From: Mycoplasmatales bacterium
GTDB taxonomy: Bacteria > Bacillota_I > Bacilli_A > CBDATW01
DNA length: 64,000 bases
Direction: 5' to 3'
Assembly (NCBI GenBank): GCA_965214965.1
Contig: OZ244030.1
Location: 266,239 to 330,238 of the forward strand
Numbering within the stretch: the stretch's first letter is position 1; each line of letters opens with the position of its first letter. Shown piece by piece: positions 33,624-42,963 of the stretch. The notes under the pieces were generated by a model. The model saw nothing but the letters and a program-made list of their open reading frames with translations, made no database searches and was not told the origin of the DNA. The position numbers and the translations under genes were made by a program.

Positions 33624-34265
33624 TTATTGTATAAAGATTATTATTGTTGCTATAAGATTATTGAAAAAGTGAAATGTAATATTTTTTCCAATATCTTCAT
33701 GCTTATAGTAATAATAACAAAACAAAAATGACATCACACCATATGGGAAAAATTGAATAACCAAATTTAGAATGCTAGCCCCAGACATCAAACTAGGTCC
33801 TATGTGGATAAAAGCAAATGTTAACCAAGAAATGAAAAATCCAATTTTTTTGTTTATTTTACCAACATATTCTTGTATAAACCCTCTAAAAACAAGTTCT
33901 TCAACTATTGGCGCCCAAATTAATAACATAAAAATAAAAAAATATGTTTTTCAACCACCATTCTTCAACGAATCTACAATGTTATTTTGATTAGTTGAGA
34001 CTGTATCTAATTTTAAGCTATATTTTATCAATAACCCCCAAACCCATTGCAGAATTATAGACACAAATAGCAAAATAAAAATTTCTTTTAACTCTTTTTT
34101 GTTGGTTTTTGGGCTAATTCATCTTTTAGAAAAAATGAATATTGCAAATACTGCAGCTATTGTAACTAAAGCCGCCACATGTTGTTCAAGTATTTTTGGA
34201 AGACCCCAGTAAATTGTAGCAATAAGCAAACCATCTAATAATGAAATTTTAGTAATTTTTCTCAT
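33624..34265 (-). CDS. CPBP (CAAX/Abi) family intramembrane metalloprotease, copy 1
   Basis: Motifs EELVFRG, FAFIH and HFFNN. Merged across TGA to ATG 34265 with RBS GAGGAGAG. Confidence 0.85.
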
Positions 34266-34336
34266 TTTACTCTCCTCTTTTGTTAATTTTATCAAAAAAA
34301 ACTACTTGCAGTAGCCTTTCTGTATAATAATTATTT
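34266..34336 (-). repeat. intergenic element copy B
   Basis: TTAATTTTATCAAAAAAAACTACTTGCAGTAGCCTTTCTGTATAATAA. Overlaps the rpmG stop. Confidence 0.6.
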
Positions 34337-34480
34337 CTTTTCTTTGTGAGTAGTTTTAGCATTGCATCTTGAGCAATACTTTAGAATTTCCATTTTTTCT
34401 GGATGCTCTTTTTTATTCTTTTTACCGATGTAGTTTTCTTCTTTGCAAGTTATGCATCTAAATTTGATTTTTACCCTCAT
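34331..34480 (-). CDS. rpmG: 50S ribosomal protein L33 (Zn-ribbon form)
   Basis: [49 protein letters not shown]. Too short for the track. RBS CAGGAG. Confidence 0.9.
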   Translation of the reverse strand: MRVKIKFRCITCKEENYIGKKNKKEHPEKMEILKYCSRCNAKTTHKEKK

Positions 34481-34544
34481 AATATAGTCTCCTGTTTTTA
34501 AGCATTAAAATTATAACACAATTCCAATAATGTGTTGTTATTTT

Positions 34545-35198
34545 TTAGCTTAGTATAATAGGTAAAAAGACCAATATAGTCGCTACAAAGTTATTTATAA
34601 AGTGCAAGATTATGTTTTTTCCAATATTTTCGTACTTGTAGTAATATCAACAAAAAATAAATGACAGGACTCCGTAAGGCACAAATTCAACTAATAACTT
34701 AATAAGTGTTGTATCATTTCTTAAACTAGCTATTAAGTGAATAGCTGCAAACAAGAATCATGAAGCAGCAAAACCTACTCTTTTATTTTTCCCTGTGTAT
34801 TCTTGAATTCACCCTCTAAAGACTAATTCTTCCATAAAAGGCGCATTTATAAGAACACCAAATAACATAAATGCAGTATTTCAGCCACCTTGCTGTAAAA
34901 TTTTCACAATTGTGTTTTGGTTTTCAGAATCTGAACTTATTTTTAATATTTCAGTTGAAAATATCCCTCATATAACTTGGAAAACAAGAGCTAATAATAT
35001 TATTCCAAACATTTTCAAAACTTCTTTTTTAGAGACTTTATAATCTATTCTTCTACCAGCCATTCTAAACATCATGATAGTTAGAGTCACTGTTGCTATT
35101 TCTGCAAGACCCACAATTCAAATTGAAAAAGGCAAAAATATTCATAACAAAAATGCAATTAAACCTTCCCTTTTAGTTATTTTTTTAATTATTTCCAT
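34545..35198 (-). CDS. CPBP (CAAX/Abi) family intramembrane metalloprotease, copy 2
   Basis: Not in the track because of many TGA codons. My hand translation gives 217 aa with EELVFRGW, FAAIH and HFINN. Confidence 0.8.
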
Positions 35199-35199
35199 T

Positions 35200-35835
35200 T
35201 TATTTTCCTTTCACCATAAGGTTATTATTTATTTCGTGATTAATTGTTGTTGGTTTTCCATGTCCTGGCATAACAATTACATCATCGTTTAAAGTATACA
35301 ATTTATTTTTTATTGATTCCTTAATTTCTTGAAAACTTCCTTTTTGAAAATCTGTTCTACCAATTGTTCCTTGAAAAAGTGTATCACCAGTAAAAACTGT
35401 GTTTATTTCTTTAAAGAAATAACATGTAGATCCTGGGGTGTGCCCTGGCGTTTTAATTGTATTAATTTCTATATCTCCAAAATTTAATATTTCACCATCT
35501 TTTGTAGATGCATATTTAAAATCTAAATTTAATTTTAGTCCAAAATTAGTTTCTGGTTGATTTAAAGGCCCAAATGGATCTTCTAGATAGAAATGATCTT
35601 CTTTACCAAAAAACACCTTGCAGTTGTACTTTTCTTGAAAGTATTTAACACCTCCAGAATGATCAAAATGACCATGAGTTACCAAAATAACATTAGGAAC
35701 CAAGTTATTTTCTTCCAATCAAGAATTTATTTTATCTATTTCAAAACCAGGGTCAATCAAAATATTTACATTATTTTTAGAAATTACAAATGTATTATTT
35801 TGCAAAAAACCCGTAACTATTTTATGTAATTTCAT
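35200..35835 (-). CDS. MBL-fold metallo-hydrolase (glyoxalase II-like)
   Basis: THGHFDHSGG motif plus downstream HTPGS and GHG. Extended through TGA to ATG 35835, which overlaps the nfo stop. Confidence 0.85.
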
Positions 35836-36689
35836 TATTTTCCTCTTAAAATTTTGATTTCTTCTTTATATGGCGCATGCCCATTGATATACGGTGTTTC
35901 TAAAATTTTGACAATACCATTTAATTTTGGATGGTTAACAATTTTGATTAGAGTTTTTTCTCCAATAAAACCTTTGCCTACGTTTTCATGCCTATCTTTC
36001 CCAGAACCTAGTTCATTTTTAGAATCATTAATATGCAAAACAGATATTTTATCCAAACCAATAATATTATCAAATTCATCCAAAACAGAATCAAAATCAG
36101 ATTTTATGTCATAACCAGCATCGTGAACATGGCAAGTATCAATGCAAACACCAATATATGCTTGTTTTTCAACACCATCAATCATATATTTTAGTTGCTC
36201 AAAGTTTATGCCTATTTCTGTGCCTTTTCCAGCCATAGTTTCAAGAGCTATAATAACTCCTAATTCTGGCTGAATAATTTCATTTAACCCTTTGATAATT
36301 CAATCCATGGCTTTTTTGTTTGTTTCTTTTAAATGGTTCCCTGGATGAAGCACCATAATTTTTGAACCAAACTCCGCAGTTCTTTTATATTCTTCTTTTA
36401 AAAATTCTATTGCAAACCTTCTCTTCTGAGCATTGCCATTAGCCAAATTAACTATATAAGGGGCATGAATAATAATAGATTCTTTCTCAATATTATTTTC
36501 TTCCATAAGTTGATGCGCTTCACTAATCATCATATCGCTTGTAGAAACTCTTTTTGTATTTTGCGGAGCACCAGTATAAATCATCAATGCGTTTGCATTA
36601 TATGACAAAGCTTCTTGGACAGCCCCAAGAAGATATTTTTTACCTTTAGACATAGATACGTGTGAACCAATTTTTAAATTGTAACTCAT
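35835..36689 (-). CDS. nfo: endonuclease IV
   Basis: [21 protein letters not shown] and LHINDSKN motifs. Two track ORFs joined via TGA 36300. Confidence 0.92.
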
Positions 36690-36692
36690 CTC

Positions 36693-37019
36693 TTATTTAA
36701 CTTTCTTTATTTTAACTTCAAACACTACCTCTTCCCCAGCAAGGTGTTTTGCATGATAGTCTTCAGGAAATGTTACAAATACTTTTACTGCATCTCCCTT
36801 TCTATAACCAATTAGCTGATCTTCAAATCCCGGAATAAATGTTCCTGAACCTAGTTTCAATGAATAGTCTTTGGCAGTTCCCCCATCAAAAGCAACTCCA
36901 TCAAGGAATCCTTGAAAGTCAATAACAACTGTAGAACCTTTTACAGACTCTTTATTTGAACCGCATGCCCCAAATGTAGTTGCAGATGTTAATGCTAATA
37001 ATGATCTTAAAAATTTCAT
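36693..37019 (-). CDS. lipoprotein consisting of a trigger-factor-type FKBP PPIase domain
   Basis: Signal peptide [19 protein letters not shown] with a lipobox Cys19. The rest ([41 protein letters not shown]...[25 protein letters not shown]) matches the trigger-factor PPIase domain. Confidence 0.8.
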   Translation of the reverse strand: MKFLRSLLALTSATTFGACGSNKESVKGSTVVIDFQGFLDGVAFDGGTAKDYSLKLGSGTFIPGFEDQLIGYRKGDAVKVFVTFPEDYHAKHLAGEEVVFEVKIKKVK

Positions 37020-37074
37020 ATTTTCTCCTTATCCTAAATAATTATACAAAAAAAAGATAATGTTTTCTCTTTTA

Positions 37075-38052
37075 TTACCACAAGTGGTTTTCTAACTTAT
37101 CTTTTTTAGAAAGTTTTATTAACAAAGTTTCTAATTCTTTTATATCTTTAGTATTTAAATATTGCGATGGTTTTACTGGTGAATATTTATTATAAAGATC
37201 AATAAAGTTATTTCAATATTCAATTGCAGTTTTACCTTTGAAAGTTTTATTTCCTAATTTCTTATTTTGAACTTGAATATAAATCGAATCACTTCCAAAT
37301 TTTGTAGATACCTGAACTAATGTTTTTTCTTGAGTTTTGCCTCAAATATCTCTTGCTATCTCATCAGCAATTAATTTCATAGTTTTATCACCTTTAGTTA
37401 AGTCTTTACCTGCGAAGGCACCCCCTCCATGAGCAACCCCGTTACCATGTCTTTCGGCAATAAGTTTTCTACCCACAACTCCTGAATCAACATTAGCTCC
37501 AGATTTTTTAAAGATTGTAGGGTTAGTAACACCTAGTTTACTTAGGCCTTCTTCACTAATGCCTTCTTCTATAGAAATAGTAGTTTTATCATCAAAAATA
37601 ATTAATTTACCATCAGGTAATTCTTTTGAATGTTGCAAAGTTATTTGTTCACCCAACTGCACTAATTTTTCATGGGCGTCAGTAATGTTTTTTCCTGATG
37701 CTGAACAAAATCCATATGCTATAGTGTTATCTCCTCATCCAGATATTGAACCTTCATAAATTTCTGGTGATTGTTTTTGTCACATATGGTGTACTTTGAT
37801 AGTTTCTTTAGTTTGTTTTGAAAGTATTTTTAGTGCAATTCAATCAACTAATTTGGAAAATGCTTTATCTGAAAGTGAAGTTTTAAATTCTCCACCTACA
37901 ACAAAATTATTTCCAACATATAAAGCCTCCACAGCAGATCTTCCTTCTAAACCATCAACATTAAAGATCGCCATTGCAATTGTTTCTGCAATTCCATCTG
38001 TAATACGGTCAGGGTGGCCTTTTAATACATATTCTGTATTATTAAGTATCAT
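37075..38052 (-). CDS. metK: S-adenosylmethionine synthetase, short divergent form (325 aa)
   Basis: GHPDRITDGIAE, VVGGEFKT, GRKLIAERHG and HGGGAFAGKDLTKGDKT match MetK signatures. The central and C-terminal regions are shortened. Merged across TGA. Confidence 0.8.
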
Positions 38053-38124
38053 ATACTTCTCCCTTAAATTATAGTTATGCTTGTTTTGGTTTTATCATGC
38101 ATTGTATAGATTATAGCACGAATA

Positions 38125-38148
38125 AAAACACTTCTGTAGAAGCGTTTT
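38125..38148 (-). terminator. rho-independent terminator (minus strand) upstream of the metK promoter
   Basis: Minus strand reads AAAACGCTTC-TACA-GAAGTGTTTTTATT. Immediately followed by an extended -10 TGCTATAAT for metK. Confidence 0.55.
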
Positions 38149-38155
38149 ATAATTA

Positions 38156-38335
38156 TTAAATAACTGCCAACGAAAGAATCGCGCTTAACACAAATAGGTA
38201 CATTCATGTCTGTTTAGGTTTAAATCACCTACCTTGTGAAACAAAATACTTTTTATTTATCATTTCAACTATAGCGATAGTCATTAAAGTAGAAAATAAA
38301 ATAAAAATTCCTCTAGCCGGCGTTAAGTTTGGCAA
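38156..38335 (-). CDS. possible 59-aa two-TM peptide (TTG start), or the frameshifted remnant of a 66-aa gene starting at ATG 38355
   Basis: Open frame LPNLTPARGIFILFSTLMTIAIVEMINKKYFVSQGRWFKPKQTWMYLFVLSAILSLAVI. An RBS-preceded ATG at 38355 is out of frame by one nt at an AAA tract. Own extended -10 TGTTATAAT (38377-38385) and terminator. Confidence 0.3.
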
Positions 38336-38409
38336 TAATTTTAAAATAATGTTCATAATAAACCTTTCCACAAAAAAATTATAACATATTATTGTATAAT
38401 ACTTATATT

Positions 38410-39234
38410 ATGAAAAACTTTTACTACATAGATAAAAAATCAAGTCAAACACTCATTTTTATGCAAGGAGGACCCATTGGTTATAACTTTATGAAAGAAG
38501 ATGTTGATAAAAGCAAAGTTAATCCAATGTTTTGACTGTACATAAATCTTGTTAAACAAATACCAAATTTATTCAGTGAATATAACATCGCCTCTGTAAA
38601 CCAAGAACAATATAAAAATCCAGAGAATATAATAACTTCTCAGGAAGAGGGGCAACAACTTCTTAAAAAAACACTTCAAACATTGGATAGAACAATTGAC
38701 CATTTTAAATCCTTGGGGCATAAAACACTTTTATTAGGGCATTCATACGGTGGATACTTAATTTCTGAATATTTAAAAGAACATGGCAATGATAAAGTAG
38801 ACAATATTATTATTGCTAACTCTAGAATAAAGACCCCTACTCTTTTCTATGACATTATTGTTAATAAAAAAGAAATCCCTTTTGTTAATGAGAATGATGA
38901 ATTCTTAGGTTTTAGAAATAACGCTGCCGATCCATTTGGATTGAAACTAATAATGGCCCACACTATGAAAAGAGATTATTGCCAAGAATTGAATAACACA
39001 GATTTATCTAATGTCATTTATTTATCGTCTTATCCAGATAAATGATTAGGAATATTACAAAAAAATGAAATAACTTGAGCAAAATCAAAAGGTGCACAAG
39101 TTATAGAAACAGGATTAGCAGAACTTGAAGGTTTTAAAGAAGTTGTCAAAATAAATTTAAAAGCAGATACTCTTTCTCATAATTCTATATTTTTTGCACC
39201 GATTGCTAATAAAGTAAAAAAATTAATAAAATAA
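38410..39234 (+). CDS. alpha/beta-fold hydrolase (esterase/lipase-like)
   Basis: Nucleophile elbow GHSYGG. ATG 38410 is in frame with track ORF 38683-39045 through TGA. Extended -10 TGTATAAT upstream. Confidence 0.75.
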
Positions 39235-39260
39235 AAAAACCTAATTTTAGGTTTTTTTAA
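39233..39260. terminator. bidirectional terminator between the hydrolase gene and ald
   Basis: AAAAAACCTAA-TT-TTAGGTTTTTT. Confidence 0.6.
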
Positions 39261-39265
39261 AATTT

Positions 39266-40378
39266 TTAAACTAGTGTTGCAGGATCTACATATTTACCTT
39301 TGCATATTTTGGCTACTGGCGCTAATGTGTAGTGTCCTTTTGCTGTGTTTACCCCATCTCTTAAGTATGGATCTTCTTTTATAGCTTTTTCTCAACCCTT
39401 TTTAGCAATATCAATTGCATATCTAATTGTTGTGTTTGTTAGTCCAATTGTTGATGAGCGAGCAACTGTTCCTGGCATATTTGGAACACAATAGTGAATA
39501 ACTCCTTCTTCTACATAAATTGGATCTTCATGTGTAGTTAGCCTTGAAGTTTCTGAACATCCACCTTGGTCGATAGCAACGTCTACGATTACTGAACCTG
39601 GTTTCATTGATTTAACCATTTTTCTCGAAATTAGTTTCGGCGTTGCATCACCTCTTACGGCTAGAGCTCCAACAACTAAATCAGCGTCTTTAATAAGTGT
39701 AGCAATGTTATCTTCAAATGCCATTTCTGTTCTAACAGATGATCCGTAAACATCCTCAATTGCTTTAAGTGTAGGTATTCATTTATCAACCACCGTAACT
39801 TTTGCCCCAACTCCAACAGCAAGTTTAACAGCTCCTTTCCCTACATCTCCTCCACCAACAATAAGTACTCTACCTCTTGGAACTCCAGGAATTCCTGAAA
39901 GAAGTGTTCCTGATCCTCCTGCAGCTTTAGTTAGGAATCACATACCAGTTTGGATGGCTAGTCTACCAGCAAATTCTGACATTGGTCTGTTCCCTGGTGT
40001 CCCTCCTCCTGGTTCTGTAATGTTTTCATAAGCAATAGAAACAACTCCTTTTTCCATCATTTCTTTAGCCAACGTAACATTAGCAGCCAAGTGCATGTAT
40101 GAATAAATAATTAGATTTTTTCTAAAGTATTTAAATTCTGATTTTAGTGGCTCTTTAACTTTCATGATCATATCTGATTTTTCTCAAACAGATTTTACAT
40201 CAACCATTTTTGCCCCAGCTTCTCTATAATCTTTATCTGAAAATCCTGCTGAAACTCCAGCTCCTTTTTCAATTAAAACTGAGTTTTTCTTATTTTTTAG
40301 AAGTTCTCTAACTCCTGTAGGTGTAACACCAACTCTGTATTCACCGTTTTTGATTTCTTTTGGTATTCCAATAATCAT
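39266..40378 (-). CDS. ald: alanine dehydrogenase
   Basis: [21 protein letters not shown]-terminus and a Rossmann region. Three track ORFs in one frame via TGA. Ends at TAA 39266-39268. Confidence 0.9.
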
Positions 40379-40390
40379 TTTAACACCCCT

Positions 40391-42325
40391 TTATATTAGT
40401 TTTTTAATTACCCTTGCAATGTTTTTTGGTGTAAATCCAAATCTTTCAAGAACATCCGGGCCTTTACCACAAGTTCCAAATGAATCTTCAATTGCATAAA
40501 CGTGTTTTGCAAATTTATAACCATATATACCATCTGAAGCCTCAATAAATAACGATTTGTCTTTGCATGGTATAACTTCTTTTTGAATATTTTCTGATTG
40601 CTCAATAAATAATTGTGTTGATGGCATTGACACAACCCTAATACTATTGTTACCAATTAATTCTACAGCTTTCAGAGTTAATGATACTTCAGATCCAGTA
40701 GCAATAACTGTTAGCGCAGGTTCTTTTCCTGACTCTTTTTTAACAACATAAGCGCCTTTTTTAAAGTCCCCATATGTCCCGTTTGTAACTTGATCAACAG
40801 CTTGTCTTGTCATTGCAAGAACTGTAGGCCTCTTTTTTTCGTTAAATGCGTGGTGGAATGCATACATTGTTTCTTTTCAATCGGCTGGTCTCATCACATT
40901 AACATGAGGTATTGATCTCAAACCAGTTAACTGTTCAATAGGCTGGTGTGTTTCACCATCCTCACCAACAGCAATTGAATCATGAGTAAACATCATTATA
41001 ACCGCTAATCTTTGTATAGCCGAAATTCTTAGTGCTGGTTTTAAATAGTCAGCAAATGGCAGATATGTTCCTCCATACGGAATAAATCCGCCATGTAATG
41101 CTATACCATTGCATGTTGAGTTCATAGCAAATTCTCTAACACCATAGTTTAGGTTGTTGCCCACAGGGAAGTCATCACCATAGTATTTAACTCCAGTAGA
41201 TTTTTTAACATCACCCGACCCACCTATAAGTAGTCTTGAATTTTGTGAAAGTCATTCTAAAATTCTTCCACCAGATACTCTTGTGGCTTCTTTTCCTGGT
41301 TTGAAATCTTGAAATTGACAAATAACATCAAGATTATAAGTTCTATCCACAGCTTCAACAAATGCTTTGTGTTTTTCTGGGAATTTTTCCTTATATTCTT
41401 CTGTCATTTTCTCTCATTTAATAAATGCTTTCTCTTTCTCTTTTTTAAGTTCTTCAATTTTATCAAAAACTTCTTTTTTGAATTCAAATGGTTTTTCTAT
41501 GTGGTCAAAGTATTTGGCAGCAATACCACGCTCTTCATCTCCAAGTGGTACACCATGTGTATCAGGAGTATTTGCTTTCGTTGTACCTTCACCAAGTATA
41601 GTTTTAACTTCTATAAATGAAGGTTTATCTGTTACTTTCTTCGCTTTATCAATTGCGTTAGCTATTTCTTTGGTATCATTTCCATCATTAACTTTGATGT
41701 AATGTCACCCACAAGCTTCTACTTTCATCTTTAGATCATCTATAGATGCAAGTTCAACTTTCCCATCTAACTGGATGTCGTTTGAATCAAGAAATGCAAT
41801 CAACTTACCTAATTTCATCTTTCCTGCTAATGAAAGAGACTCGGCGAATATTCCTTCTTGTAAATCGCCATCAGAGCACATCACATATGTGTAGTGGTCT
41901 ATTATTGGGAAACCTTTTTCATTAAAATCTCTTGCCATAAGAGTTTCAGCAGTTGCTATACCAACAGCTTGTCCAAACCCTTGACCTAGAGGACCAGTTG
42001 TTGCATCAACACCTGGCGTTAGCGTAGACTCTGGGTGTCCCGGTGTAATTGAGTCGATCTGTCTAAATCTTTTTATTTCATCTAATGGAATATCAAATCC
42101 AGCATGATGCAAAATTGAATAAAATAGGGCACTTGCATGTCCACACGACATAACAAAATAATCTCTATTAATTCATTTCGGATTTTTAGGTGAGTAATTC
42201 ATATGGTTAACATATAATTCACTGACTAAAGGCGCAGCATCTAAAACAACACCTGGGTGTCCGGAATTTGCTTTGTTAATCATATCAACGCCTAGAAACC
42301 TAACCGAGTTAATATAATCTTTCAT
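40391..42325 (-). CDS. tkt: transketolase (copy 2)
   Basis: NSGHPG, GHPE, TGPLGQG, DGDLQEG and EDGETHQPIE. The whole 41165-41704 gap between track ORFs, translated by hand, contains only TGA. Confidence 0.92.
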
Positions 42326-42365
42326 ATTTGTTTTCCTTTCATAATATATTATATATATTATTATA

Positions 42366-42389
42366 AATAATGTAAATATTTACATTATT
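42366..42389. promoter_or_regulatory. perfect 24-bp palindrome upstream of tkt copy 2 (candidate operator overlapping the -35)
   Basis: AATAATGTAAATATTTACATTATT. On the minus strand, TTTACA plus a 17-nt spacer plus TATAAT precedes the tkt start. Confidence 0.5.
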
Positions 42390-42396
42390 ATAAATA

Positions 42397-42419
42397 AAAA
42401 CACCATAAATGGTGTTTTA
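42397..42419 (-). terminator. terminator after tpx
   Basis: Minus strand reads AAAACACC-ATTTAT-GGTGTTTTTATTT. Confidence 0.6.
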
Positions 42420-42420
42420 A

Positions 42421-42897
42421 CTATTTAATTCCTAAAAATTCAAAAGCTTTTTCATAATCAGGATGATCTGGAACATTTTCACAAATTTCCAAATACTCAA
42501 CTTTATTTTCTTCATCCAATATAATAACAGTTCTTCCTATCAATTCTAATCCTTCCAATTTAAGTCCGAATTTTTCTGAAAAATCATGATATTTGTAGTC
42601 AGATAACATTCTAATGTTATTAATTTCTTCTGAACAACATCATTTATCTTGTGCAAAAGGCAAATCTAACGAAATAACTATTAACTCAATATTGGGATCT
42701 TGATCAATTTTTTCACTAAATGTTTTCGACTGTATGTCACAAACCCCTGTATTAATAGATGGTACAGAAAGAATTACTTTTCTTTTTGCTTTAATATCAT
42801 ATAATAATACATCATTGATATCTTTGTCTACAGCTTTAAAATTAGGTGCTGTTTCTCCTAGTTTAATTTGTTTATTACTTGTAAATACCTGCTTCAT
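42421..42897 (-). CDS. tpx: thiol peroxidase (Tpx)
   Basis: Peroxidatic Cys in PSINTGVCD. Two track ORFs joined via TGA. The start at ATG 42897 follows RBS GGAG. Confidence 0.88.
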
Positions 42898-42963
42898 ATT
42901 TATCTCCAATCGTATTTAATTTTATTTTAGCATAAAAAACACTTCTTATATAATTTTTTATAA

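Noticed and set aside
38190-38245. tRNA-like T-arm (TAGGT-TTAAATC-ACCTA) followed by CCTTGTG on the + strand
   Set aside because: The putative acceptor partner CACAAAT lies only 50 nt upstream and pairs at 5 of 7 positions. There are no D or anticodon arms, so it is too short for a tRNA or a tmRNA tRNA-like domain.
38053-38409. SAM riboswitch upstream of metK
   Set aside because: The architecture (promoter, ~230 nt, terminator, metK) suggested it. However, I could not find the S-box core (GAGGGA...GCAACC), or SAM-II or SMK-box features. metK also has its own promoter after the terminator. It is left as an open test rather than a call.
41309-41702. Two overlapping + strand ORFs (103 and 111 aa) rich in Phe/Ser/Leu
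   Set aside because: They are antisense to the fully open transketolase copy 2 frame. Their low-complexity composition is typical of reverse-strand reading of Lys/Glu-rich coding sequence.
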